NCBI GenBank assembly: GCA_013265495.1
Contig: MU058844.1
Location: 10,252,184 to 10,316,183, forward strand
From: Vicugna vicugna
Taxonomy: Eukaryota
Length of the DNA: 64,000 nucleotides
Reading direction: 5' to 3'
The notes under the pieces were generated by a model. It did not search any database, had not been told where the DNA came from, and saw nothing but the letters and a program-made list of their open reading frames with translations. Below, piece after piece: positions 42,855 through 55,690 of the stretch. Position 1 is the first letter of the stretch, and every line of letters starts with the position of its first letter. A program made the translations under genes and the position numbers.

Positions 42855-43445
42855 GTATGTTTGCCATGACTGTCCAAAAATTGTCTGTATTAGTGAATTC
42901 TCTTAATAGCCTTGAATCTCAGTTGAAAAAGTATTTTTGTCCTGTTTTGTAGTGGTAATGCTTATTTAGCCTTTTGTGTTGTTTATCCCCATCTCTGTAG
43001 CCTCCCCTTCCCAAAATAAGTGCTTCTATAATGTGTATGTTCTCATTAATAACGTTTTATAATTTCATAGGAAAGTTTGCTTAGAAGGTAGAGACTGTGA
43101 AGTCTCAGATTTCTAAAATAGCAGGCCCTAGATAAGTAAGGAGTTATGTAACTGGGAAACACATTTTTAAGTAAAATATCATCAGGCATTCTAGGTGGTT
43201 AATGGACCCTGACTTACTCAGGGAACTGAAGTTGGAGGGATTTTAAAAAATCTAACTTAGTCCTTTATGGAACTTTTAAACTGTAGTCCTTTTTATTCTT
43301 TATCCAAACCTTTTTCTTTTCAGATAAAACTTAAATATTTTATTTGTTTTGTTTTCATTTAGTGTTTGAAAATATTTTGTTACTATTTTAAATTCTGTAT
43401 TTTACTCATTGTATTCTTATTTTCCTTTGCATAACTTTTATAAAG

Positions 43446-43534
43446 CTCCATAGTGAAAAACGGGAGAAGAAATCTCCACTAATTGAATCAACAGCCAATA
43501 TGGACAATAATCAATCACAGAAGACCTTTAAAAA
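43446..43534 (+). CDS. PPP1R12A: MYPT1 coding exon 7 (89 nt)
   Basis: ataaag acceptor, AA|gtaagt donor; LHSEKREKKSPLIESTANMDNNQSQKTFK. Confidence 0.94.
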
Positions 43535-43687
43535 GTAAGTAAAATATTAAAGTAGGTTTTGTTATTGTTATGAGTGAGTTGGCATGATAGCCATAGACAT
43601 GATTATTAGATTTGAGGGATCTGGGAAAATTAATGTTTTTTGACTTTTTGTATTTATAATCATTTGAAGGCTTTGTTCCTTTCACAG

Positions 43688-43845
43688 CAAAGAAACATTG
43701 ATTATCGAGCCTGAGAAAAATGCGTCCCGTATTGAATCTCTGGAACAAGAAAAGGTTGATGATGAAGAAGAAGGAAAGAAAGATGAATCTAGTTGCTCTA
43801 GTGAAGAAGATGAGGAAGATGACTCGGAATCAGAAGCTGAAACAG
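43688..43845 (+). CDS. PPP1R12A: MYPT1 coding exon 8 (158 nt), acidic region
   Basis: tcacag acceptor after a 153-nt intron, G|gtaaaa donor; KETLIIEPEKNASRIESLEQEKVDDEEEGKKDESSCSSEEDEEDDSESEAET. Confidence 0.96.
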
Positions 43846-45039
43846 GTAAAATTTGAAGGATAAAAAGATTTGCATTGAATTTTGATGCAGTAAGATGAGG
43901 TCAGGTTTTAATTTTGAAACATTTCAGACTGATTTGCTACTTTTTAGGATACCTGTCAAGCCAGGAAACTACCTTTCAGAGAGTGTTAGAAATGTAGGTA
44001 TAGTTTGATTTTACTGTTCTTTAATTACCTGGAGGCTCTTGATCACCTCTGCATTTTGTTGACCTATATTTTTAGGTTTGAGGAAGGTGAAGAGGCTTCT
44101 AATATTCCTTTGGATGGTGCAGATAGGGTGTGAGTTCCCCGCAATTCAGGAATGCTCCTGCTGCTTTCTGAGACCCCAGAATCCAGGAAGCTGGTTCCAG
44201 CAGTACCCCAAGTATTTCCAAAGTATGCTAAGGTTTTAGAAAGTTGAGGCTGAGTCAGGATTTTTTCCTGTAGCAATGTGGGGAAATTTACTTCATTCTG
44301 AGAAATTATAGATACAGAAAAGTATAGTATAATGAACATTCATATTCCAGCTACCAGGACTTAACAGCAATATTTGCTTTACATTTTTCTTTTAATAAAG
44401 CTGAAACATTACAGTGGTCTTCTTTAACCATCAGCCCTAGTCTGCTTCTCTTTCCTTTCTTCCCAAAACCACTGTCGTGAGTCTTTTTCTGAATCTTCTA
44501 GTAAATTTTTATACTCTTATCTTACATTCAGAAATAATAAACAATAATTATAAGGTTTTGTGTTTTTATTTTATACATTAGGAGTTGTTATGCAACTTGC
44601 TTGCTTTCACTTAAGTTATATTTTTTAGATTTATTCATATCTATCTATATCTTTATGTATGTGACTTCTCCCTTTAGCTGCTGTATAGTATTCATTAAAT
44701 ACATTAATTTCCCTTTTGATAAAAATTTACCTTATTCTCAGTGTTTTGTTGCTGTAAATAATGCTACAGTGATCATTTTATAATTGCTTCCCTGTGTGTA
44801 TGTGCAAGATTCTCTGATAAACTTAAAAATTGAATTATTGAGTCACATTTTCAATTTTCATAGATGCTGCTAAATTTCTTTTTAAAATCCCTATCACAAT
44901 TTACATTCTTTTCCTTGTTTTTAATCTAGGGTATGGCTTCTTCATTTTTTCCTCTGGCTCACATGTTTTTATAGATTTTGTTTACCAGATTCCTTTTATT
45001 CTGTATCAGCTATTACTCAAAACAAGAGATTCCATTGTT

Positions 45040-45390
45040 CTCTACACCAGAAATTGACACATTGTAACTGACACATTGTAACTTCAATAAAATAAAATAA
45101 AATAAAGTAAAATAAAATAAAATAGGTTATCTGCAAATCTCGAATTTGCAATACTAATACATAAAAAATAGATAACAGGTTTATACTGTATAGCACAGGG
45201 AATTATATTCAATATCTTTTAGTAACTTATGGTGAAAAAGAATATGAAAACGAATGTATATATATGTTCATGTATGCCTGAAGCATTATGCTGTACACCA
45301 GAAAGTGACACATTGTAAACTGACTGTATTTCAGTAAAGATAAGATATATGCAAACAAAAAAAATTAAAGTAAAAAAACAAAAAAACCCC
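45040..45390 (+). mobile_element. Younger L1 3' ends (two in tandem) with A-rich tails and shared TSD
   Basis: tacaccagaaattgacacattgtaact motif twice; tatactgtatagcacaggga; flanked by aagagattccattgtt and aagagatttccatgtt. Confidence 0.75.
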
Positions 45391-48300
45391 AAGAGATTTC
45401 CATGTTGCCATCTTTGAATTGTATAACCTGACACTTTAACATACAAATTTATCAGAAAAAGTATTTCATTTCTATTAAGATTTTTATCAATAAAAAACTG
45501 TCATCATTATCAGGACCATGTGGTCATTGATAAACAAAAATGGAGCCCTAATATTTCTTGAACTCTCCATATTTCCTCTAGACACAACAACAGTTTTAAA
45601 TCAGTTTATTTTTACTCACTCTGCAAAATATTTTCTCTAAGAAGATGTGAGAAGCTAAAGATTACTAAATAAACATGTCAAGGAACGTACTGATAATTCT
45701 GTTTCCCATTGAAAACAAGATTTTGCTAAACAGGTAGAGGCTAGCTTTGTTGCCAGGTGATGTGTTACGGATTTCTGTATTTTCCTAAAACTTACTAATC
45801 CTACGAGTAAATTATTTTTCAATAATACATGAAGAGTTTTTGAGGTCTGTAAATGGCTGGATTCTAATCACTTAGTGATTTAATTTTTTATTTATTATTG
45901 CTGTCACATTGCTGGTCAGGTGAGTCAACATATCTTTTGCCTTGATGAGACAGTAATATGGGTAAAATTGGAAGCTAGAGCAACAGGTGTTCATTGAATA
46001 TTATAATTTATTTTTGTATCATGCTTATTAAAATATGTTTAATTAGAAAAGCAAATTGTATGAGAATTGGCATGTTTAGTGTTTAAGAATTGATTCATGT
46101 AATTGTAAATATGGGTAAATTTTAATCTTAGATTTCTCTGTGAAATCAAGATAATAACACGTACTTTACATAGATACTATATAAGAATCAGTTGCTTTGT
46201 AATATATGTTAGCTTTCATATAATAATTATATAAAGTTAAAGTCTTCTAATTTAAATATGATTAATATACAGGCTGACCTAATAGCAGTTCAGTTAAATT
46301 TACTCAGTTCATTGGCAAGATGAAGTGATATCATTAAAATTTAAATTAACTCAGATACTTTTGCAAGTATTTATTTTTATGTAGTTATTCTCCTCTTGTG
46401 AGACATGCCTTGACTCTCAGTCTCTAGTAAAATATGTCATTACAAATCAAACTATATGCACATGTGCACACAAAAGCCAGAACTAACACCCAGATCTCCT
46501 AACTCATGTAGTAAAATTCAAGAACTTGAAGTCCAGATATCTCATAGAGATTTCTGAGATCTTATTCTCTGATTTTTTTCTTAATTTCTTAATTTAAAAT
46601 GAAAAAGGACTTCAGATTTATGCCAGTCTTGTCACTAACTAGCAAGTCTCCTGACCCCTTTTGGTGAAAATTTCTTGCTTGTAAATTGTACTGGATGATC
46701 TGGATAGTTCTTTAAACTCTTCTGTTCTATAAATATGATTATAGCTAATTACCATCAAATTATATTTCATTAGTTCCCAGTTTGGAGTTTAAGTGTACCA
46801 ATCACTCTCTGCTCAGAGTCTCAGTGATCTAACTTTAAATGTTCCTCTGAAGCATTGTACTAAGTGAGTTTTGTTCTTCCTGTTGCTAGTAGCCAGTTGT
46901 GCCAGGAAAATTTGACTCTGTCTCAAGAATTAATCCATGTAAAGGCTATGTGGTTCCTTCTCTCTCACTCTTTCAATATCAAGACTTTATCATACTTTAT
47001 TTGGCAAGCTTGAGAAAGCAGCCATTTCTCTGTAGAGCTACGGCTTGATTTGACTATTTCTCAACTGTTTCTTTTAGTAAGGTTATTTCCTTGGGAAACT
47101 ATTTGTTGTTAAATAACCATTTGCTGAATTTCCTTTCATAAATTATTTACCAGGCCATATTTAATCACTGTTCTTTTTTGTAAATCAGATGAAAATAAAA
47201 ACTTAACCAAAAGTTTAATTTCCTTCCTAATGATTTATAAATTTGAGAGGTAGTTGAGGGAATGAGGAAAGGGAAACGTAGTTTTGCTTTTAGGTATTTG
47301 TTTTTCCTCTAGAGGATGAAGTTTTTATTCTTCATTGAAATCAAATGGTTAGAAGGACTTAATAGATTGATAACGCTTACCTAAGTCGGATGATGGACAC
47401 CTGGGGTTTGTTTCATTATTCTTAAACAAATCATAAATGTTTGCATACATACATACATATTCTTTGGTGTATAGATTTCACTAATATAAAACAAATTTTT
47501 AAGCCAACAGAAAATTGGGGTAAAAGAAGAAAATAAAATGAAAAAAAATCTTTTGAACTTTATTATTTATTTTCCTCCTACTAGGCTGTAAAGTTACGCA
47601 GTTAAGATATTTCGTGTTTTCATTGACTGATACATTCTCAGTACCTAGGACAGTACTTAAGATATGGAGACACTTAATAAGTATTCATTGAACTACTCCC
47701 TTCAGTTAAATGGATTGTTTTCCTAGGAAGATGGTCTATTTAGGGTGTGCATGGTTTGTACTTAACTGTGCTGAATGGACTTAGCTCCTGTTGGATGTGA
47801 AGAGGCATTTAACAGTGAGAATAAAGTTTGTTAGACCGAGTTTAGCTCATTCAGTTTATTTGAAAAAAAACAAGGTTATAGTGATTTTTAAACGTGTCAG
47901 TTTTGCCTTGTCCTTTGGTACAGTTTGAGATTATGCTTTTCTCCCTGTTAACATCTTACGGATGTTTTCTTAGTCACAAATAGAACTAAATGAATCATTG
48001 CAACTTCAGAGTTGTTGGTGGGAAGTTTGCACTTGCCCTAAAGATAAGGATATGTTAGCTTTGCCTGCTTATCAAGTATAACAGTATACAATAATGATAA
48101 GGTGGAAGATTCCTTTGGAAAACTGACCTTAAAATGGGAGAAAGGTAGTATAAGGAAAATGAATATCTCATAGAGCTTTAAAAGCAGCATACTTCTTCCT
48201 AAAAGTATAGAAAGATACCTGTTCTACTCCATTTTGAAACCAAAGGAATACTTTAAAACTAGATAAAATGACTTGACCATTTGAAAAGTGAATTCTTCTA

Positions 48301-49026
48301 GCCTATTTATAAATGACAGTTAATTTAAATATTTACATCTACATGACTGTTTTGCTAAAAAGCCAATTTGATTTACATTTTCAAATATAGTCTGAGTTTC
48401 TTCTGATACTTCAAAAAGTTTTTTCTAAGTAATCAATTACTAGTTAGAAATTGTCTTGATACATTGTGAAAAGAGATTTAATCTAACTTAGCTGATATTT
48501 TGTCTTTTTAAGGGTAAGAAAAATGCTCTTTGTGATATTTTAAGTGTACTGTTTGACAGGAATATAAGTGATTATTAACAAGAAGCACTTTTAGATTTTC
48601 TGTAATAAAGAGGAGCTGTCAGTTTTTTAAGGTAACCAATGTAAGTTGTTTATCCATTATAAAACTGCATAGCTCTTACGTTTTTAAAGATATATTCATG
48701 CATTCATTTTAAATATTAATTTTAAAATACTTAAAAATTTATGCAGTGGTAAAAGTGTACAAGTCAGATTTTATTTGTGCTTTTTATTCTTAAAAGCCTG
48801 GTTGTATGTCATATTTTTATTTATGTCTCATACATACTGAGACATTTCTAGAAACTGTCTGAAAAATTCACTTGTTAAAAGGGATAATAGTGGGAAAAGG
48901 CTTTGAATTAACAAAACCTTAAACAAAAATACAATATAAAATACTATTTTTTAATACCATTGAAAGTGAATTCATATAGAATCTTGACTCTTAATGTTTT
49001 TTTTTTTCTTTTTCTTTTTTCTAAAG

Positions 49027-49151
49027 ATAAGACAAAACTGATGGCTTCTGTAACTAGTGCCAATACTTCTAGTACACAAACAGCTCCTGTAGCTGTTACA
49101 ACACCTACTGTGTCATCTGGTCAGGCAACACCTACGTCACCTATTAAAAAG
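49027..49151 (+). CDS. PPP1R12A: MYPT1 coding exon 9 (125 nt), Ser/Thr-rich
   Basis: long T tract then ctaaag acceptor, AAG|gtaagc donor; DKTKLMASVTSANTSSTQTAPVAVTTPTVSSGQATPTSPIKK (inside ORF 48960..49175). Confidence 0.95.
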
Positions 49152-51415
49152 GTAAGCCAAAATTATGTTCACTAAAATTAAATGCATTCTGCTTATTCTA
49201 TTTGAGATAAAGCATTAAGACAGTTCTAAATTTTTATAGTTTATTACAGAAATAAGTAAGGTTTAGAATAACATATTGTTCTTTCTTTTATTTTACTGCA
49301 GTTTCCTCCGAGCCTATTACAACCTTTTTTTAAAAATACTTTTTGCAGTTGATATAGTTGATTGTTAACAAATGGAAAGATAACAGATAAAGTTTTTCAT
49401 ATGAGAAACTAATGATCATGGTAGTTTTTATTTCCATTGAACTTTTGAGGAACACGGGTTTTATACCCTTGGTTTCTGTTAAGTAAAGGTGCATTTTGAT
49501 CATTTCACACATGTATAAGTTAAGCACAAAAAGTACTACCACAAGTCACTGAAAGTACTGAAATCTAGATTTTCTAATTTGATTACAAAGCACCAGGCAT
49601 GTCAGAACAGAGATAACTCCTGACCGCGCCTTTTGTTAGTTGTTAAGACCTTTAGCAAGTTACTTTATGACCTTTAGCAAGTTACCGGCTTCCTTATCTG
49701 TTCTCCCCAAAAAAGGGGACAAAACAAAAACAATAAATAAGGAGAGAAAATACGTTAACATCGTAAGCGTTCATTGAGAGAGAGCTGGGCTAGTGACTTA
49801 AGTGCTCCCAGAATGTTAACTTCCTTTCTTCCTCTTTTGTCTTACTCTGTTCTCCATTTGTTCTTCATCCTTCTTACTTTCTTTTCTCGACTAAACTGCT
49901 TTCCACTTAGTGTGTTGATCTTTTCAAAGACTTGCTTTTCCTGCTGTCTCAGAACCTATACTTCTTTTAACCCAAATTAAAGATTGAGTTTTGTTGTCTG
50001 GAGTTTTTTGGTTTTGGTTTTTTTTTAACCTGTTGGTCTCTTTTTAAAGGCTTCTCCCCACCAGCCCTGACTTACCTTTCACGAACAAACTATTTCCCTC
50101 TGTGTGTCACACACATACATACACACACGCATGCACGCAAACTTTTTTTCAGGAACCGCTTAAGAATTGACTGCTTTCTCTGTAACACTTTTCCCCTAAA
50201 TATGTGAGTATGTATTTTCTGGGTACAAAGGCATTCTCACTCTAAAATCATCATACTTAGGAAATTTAACTTTGATATAATACTATTATTTATGTTCACT
50301 AATATACAGACCCTATTCAGAATTTTCCCAGTTGTCCTAGTAACAGTCTTTCTAGCTGTTTGATTTTTCATAGTAAGGGCCCACTCACGGACTGCACATT
50401 GTGTTTAGTTGTCGTGTCTCTGCCTTTGGACTTACTTTGTTGCTTGTCTGACATTATTTGGTTTGCATGAATTTGAGGACTTATTTTAAATCCCCACAGT
50501 GTTTCTATTATATTGTCAGTCTTGCTAATCTTTGGATTTGGTTCCAGGTGGTTTAAATTTGAACTTTTTAAAATCATAAACTAGATAAGTTCTTTAAAGT
50601 CCATACCTTTAGTAATAATCCTCCTCTAAAATTCTTCTCAAGTGTGAATTCTTAATGGTAGGTATGTATGAATTTCACTGGTATAGTTTGAATATCAGGA
50701 AACTCTATGAATGAGTTATCTTACCTTCTGCATTCTAGAACCAGGAGCTTCTTGAATTCAGTTAGAACCCATATATTCAAATGGTCGTAATTTTATATAC
50801 TTTAAAATAAAATTCTCCTAAAGCAATCTGTCCACAAAATTTTCAAGACAGTTACCCTGATGTAACAAGTATCAGCATGAGCTGCTTTAACTAAAGCTTT
50901 ATTTCATTCTAGAACTCTTTTGTATTTCTTCAGTGAATACTGAACTTTAGCTTTTTTGATTTATTATCTGTTAGAACTGCAGGATTATCAAAAGTTCCCA
51001 AAAGTTCCTTCCCTCTTGAATATCTTGCCAGAATACCGACTGTCACTCTTCTGAGTATTTAGCTAAGCAGTCTCTTTCATACTATAGTCAGATAATTAAA
51101 ATAGAATTCTTATGATCAGTGATAAACTTCTCAGGTATACCCATAGATTTATGACAATTTGCTTTTCATTTTATACCAACTGCCCTTAAAGCAAATGCTT
51201 AAAACCCTGTTAGGTTAGTGGGTCAATAATGTCTTTGCTATAAAAATTCTTATTCAGAATTACTTGTGATTCTATAATTAAATTGATATAATGACAACTA
51301 TCTTCTTCTCTACTTTGCATATTTAGAAACTCCTTTTTGTTCTCAATTTCAAGCATCATAACTTACTTTAAAGATTGTATTATTTCAGTTTTTGTTCTTA
51401 AAGCTTTATAGCTAA

Positions 51416-51507
51416 TTTTTTTTTTTTTAATGGAGGTACCAAGGGTTGAACCCAGGACCTTGTGCATGCTAAGCATGCATTCTAACACTGAGCCATACCC
51501 ACTCCCC
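51416..51507 (-). mobile_element. tRNA-Ala-derived SINE (camelid vic-1-like)
   Basis: reverse strand reads GGGGAGTGGGTATGGCTCAGTGTTAGAATGCATGCTTAGCATGCACAAGGTCCTGGGTTCAACCCTTGGTACCTCCATT plus poly-A; A and B boxes, AGC anticodon arm, degenerate TSD tatagctaattttt / tgtagccaaatttt. Confidence 0.8.
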
Positions 51508-51898
51508 TGTAGCCAAATTTTATTCAAAGCAATAAAATCATGGTGCACACACAGAAAATTTGAAGTATTTTTTTAATGGATTGGGGCAGTCTTCTTATCA
51601 ATATTGTATGACTTTTAAAGTCTGTTATCCTGTTCAGTGATATTTCTATTTAATTTAGCACTTTAGTGCTTTTTTAAAGTTTGTTTCAAGATTTTTGCTA
51701 TAACTTAGAGACCTAATACAAATTTCCTTAGATGAATTGTTAATTTTTATATGCATCATAAAATGTAAATGCATACAGTTACAAAATTGTAATTAAAAGT
51801 CCTATTTTGGGATTGTCACTCACCACTCTACTAATATTTAGACAAAGTTATTTTAAGTTCTCTAGCTTTCTTCACCAGTGCACAAACTATATATAAAT

Positions 51899-51921
51899 AC
51901 ACACACACACACACACACACA
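51899..51921. repeat. (AC)n microsatellite
   Basis: about 11 AC units. Confidence 0.9.
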
Positions 51922-52499
51922 TGCACGCTCATGGCAAGGAATAGATCACGAAACAGGAAGCTGTGAAACAGTATTGTTCTGTATTCTGTAATATATTCTA
52001 AACTTATATGCTGTAATAACTCATGATAACTACAGAGAAACATAGTTGTATTCACTTTAAATGATCTCTCAAGTTCTTAACTCTTCAGCTCAAATTAAAG
52101 AACTATTTCTGTAGAAATGAGATCAGGCCTATGATTTGTGGATATATTATCTATAAAACTATTAGTTTAATCTTATGATTTATTTTAACTAAGTGATAAG
52201 TTTATAGCATTATTTAACTTACAGTAAGTTAAATAATATAAATTTTGTATTAAAATTTTAACTAACAATAAGCATATTGTTAGTTAAAGTTTTAACTGAC
52301 AATAAGTTTAACTAACAATGTTTATATAACTCTCTAGTCAAAATAAATATTGTTGGAATCTCTGAAAAAGATTACCTACTCTGCTGTATGCACATACATT
52401 TCTATAAGTGTAAACTGTATTTTCTTTACCAGATGATAAAAATTCAGAATTTTCTTGAAATTAATGTTCTGGCTAATTGAACCTAATTATTAAGCATAA

Positions 52500-53400
52500 T
52501 AAAATTTAATAAAAGACTGCTATGTGCTATGGGTGTATGAAGTATGCCACTAAAAGTGTGTAATTGTAAAATGATGGTTTTAAAATGGAAGAAAGCATTT
52601 TTGATTTGAGGTAATAGAATCAGAACATTTGAGATAGATCTTGAAGAATGAGCAGGTGGTATTTGACCTAATAGAGGAGAGTTTGTATAGTTTGTTGAAA
52701 GAGAGAGAAGAGAGACAATGTGAGCAAAGTAGGGGGATAATGTGGAGTATTTTGCAGGAAAAATGAGTTGTCTAGTTTGGTTACCTTATAGGACACATAA
52801 ACAAAGTAAAACAGGAAAGGGGGAGCCAAACTGTGGAATGTTTTCATTCTATGGTAACATTTTTGTAATTTGATAGGTAGAACAGATTCATAGAAGTTGT
52901 TTGAAGCAGGCCATGAGAGAATTAGTCTTTATAGAATATTTTTCAGGCAGCAATGTACAGGTGTTTTTGAAGGTGAGAGGCTGATTGAGAGAAGGTTTAT
53001 TAGAAGGTCATTGAAGTTGCCCAGCATGGTAAGAATATAAACCAGAGAAGTGGCAGTGGTCTTACAAAGAGAAGGAGGAGAATTAGGGACTGGGACTTAA
53101 TTTGTAGGTGGAGGAAGGTAACAGAGAAGAAGTCTAACATGACTGTGAAGTTTAAAATTTAGAGAACTGAAGAGATTACTAGTGCCAGTAACAGAAATAG
53201 GGAACTGAGGAAGATCTGGTTTGGAAATAAAGATACTTGATTTTACACATGTTGAGTTTCAGGTTCCAATTATAGTTCTAGATAGTTCATTCTACAGGTA
53301 AATAGAAATTCAGGGCTAAAAATTTAGAAGTCAGATTGAGCTGGAGAATAACAAATTTGAGAATAAGCTGAATATAATTAATATTTTGCCTGAGGATATA
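52500..53400 (-). mobile_element. Degraded L2 LINE; ends approximate
   Basis: purine-rich tract with gatcttgaagaatgag, aacagaaatagggaac, acatgttgagttt. Confidence 0.55.
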
Positions 53401-53471
53401 AAGAAGACCCTACTCCCAACACTCAGGAGAAGAAAGTGTAAGGAGAAGATAGGAGACCTGAGAAGAGACTT

Positions 53472-53645
53472 TTTTTAATTGACATATAGTCAGTTTATAA
53501 TGTTGTGTCAATTTCTGGTGTACAACATAATAATCCAGTCATACATATACATATGTATATATTTGTTTCATATTCTTTTTCATTGTAGGTTACCATATTA
53601 TATATAGTTCCCTGTGCTATACAGTATAAATTTGTTATCTATCTG
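53472..53645 (-). mobile_element. Younger L1 3' end, same family as 45126-45390, with TSD
   Basis: T tail, gtgtcaatttctggtgtaca, ttccctgtgctatacagtata; TSD tgagaagagactt (53459-53471) and tgagaatagactt (53646-53658). Confidence 0.8.
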
Positions 53646-54167
53646 TGAGAATAGACTTGTGGAGAGCTTATGTTGCAGGGCTGTGACAAAGTTGCAACCA
53701 CAAACAAGCAAAAGACCAAGAAAGAGTGTGATCAGAAGAATAGGAAAGTCAAAATAGTGTTGTTTATAAAAAGCAAAAGAAGAGTTTCAGTGATTAGGTA
53801 TACTTGAGTTTTTCAGAGAGATTCATTTATACCCCAGAAATTGAAAGCATAAACCAGTACTTAAGTCCAGTTTCACGTTAGGCAGAGAGGAAGTATACTA
53901 GTCATTACAGTGCAACAAATGTCCATTTCAAAATTGATAGTACTTCCTTACTTTTTCAACTCTAAAATAATGGTATATCATTGGGTGGTTGTAGGATTAA
54001 ATGAGGTATAACCTGTATGAAGCACTTAGTTTACGGCTTGACATGAGTAAACTTTTGCTGCAAGTTAGCTTCTGTTGTCACATTCAGTAAGTGTTACCTG
54101 CTGTCTGACTGTTTTGTTACAGAAGGATAACATTTGTTTCCAATTTGAGGGAGGTCCTGGGCCAGGG

Positions 54168-54506
54168 AGGTATTGGCAAACTGTGGTCTCTGGGCAAAGC
54201 TGGCTCACTAGCTGTTTTGTACAACCTGTGAGTTAGAGTGGTTTAATATTTTTAAATGGTTGGCGGAGGCAGGGAGGGATCAAAAGAAGACAGGTATTTT
54301 GTGACACAGATTCACATTTCACTGCCCCTAAATAAAGTTTTATTGTAACACAGCCATGTTCATTCACCTGTGTATTTCCCAATGTATTTCCCATGGCTGG
54401 TTTTGTGCTACAACAGCGTAGATGAGTAGTTACAACAGAGAATCTATGGTCTGCAAAACCTAAAATGTACAGTCTGGCCCTTTACAGAAAGATTGGCCAG
54501 CCTCTG
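54168..54506. mobile_element. MER58-like hAT-Charlie MITE; ends approximate
   Basis: ttggcaaact start, aaataaagttttattgtaacacagccatgttcattc core, ctggccctttacagaaa..gccagcctctg end. Confidence 0.75.
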
Positions 54507-55690
54507 TTCTTGAGTGCTGCGACTTTAAACTCTGAAATCAGTAACCAGTCATCCCAGTTGCCTATCATAGTGCATAAAATATCACAGAGGTTCCTGACCT
54601 TCTCAGTTAGTGGAGACCCTAGCGTTTTATTAATTTTTCTTCACAGTGCCATTTGGCCAAAAGAAATGCCTATTTGTTTCATTTATTAAGTAGTTAGTTA
54701 TAATCAAGTTAATAATGACATTTTGTGCAGTGTCCAACAGATGTCACTGTGCTTCTCTCAAAACTTGAAAATATCCCACAGCGCCCCGTGACTTTGTTCT
54801 TGTGCCCTGAAATGTCTCAGTACACATTTTTGGGGACTGTGAAATGCTGTTTATCTTGAGTCTTTTTTCGACCCTATTGATAGGAATTAATTATTTGAAA
54901 GTACTGGAGGTATCTTGTAATAGTTTTGTCTATGAAGTAGCCCCCAACATCCTGGGTACTTTTAACAAACTATTAAACTGCTTTAGTAGGGCAAATTTTG
55001 GCAATAATTGTGAAAGAAAGGTTGTTTTCTTTTTTTCTTTTTTAATTATCCATATCCTATGCTTGTAGCAACTAGTTAGTTGCTCTATTCACCATCTATA
55101 TTTAACTGTGGCTGAATATTTAAACTCTGTAAGTGAAGGTGATGAACTGAACTAGTTAAAGATAACAGATGTTTCATTTTCAGGGCTGTTGGAAAACCCT
55201 GAAAATGAAATAAATATTTGTACAAAAACAGTTTTTGGTTGAAATGTTCAATATTTGGTGGAAAAATCAAACAGTAAATTTAAGGCTGTGATATTTAAAA
55301 TATTACTGAATTAAATATTATCATTAGAAGTGTATTATTATTTTTCGTTGATGCTGCTGGACATAAAAACTTATAACCTAAGTATATATATGAATAAAAC
55401 CAAAATTCCAAGTGCAGTAGTTTATTCACTCCCATACTATATTATCTTTTCTGTGTGCCTTTAACTGGTCTGGAAGTTTCTCTATTAGATTGTTTTAGAT
55501 TCTCTCATACAAAAATGGAATTTGTCCCCGGGGACTTTTGAAGATCAGATCATTACCCAGTTACTGGGTTTTAATTTATTATAAAGTTCTTTTAAAAAGG
55601 AAAAAAAATGTGTTTTGTTCATAACTTCCTTTTCTGTTTTCATACTTTCAATCTTTATCTCTTTACCTGTCTTATTTTAATTGGCTTTAG

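Noticed and set aside
51430..51507. Functional tRNA-Ala gene
   Set aside because: Extended 5' end, mismatched stems, poly-A tail and TSD indicate a SINE
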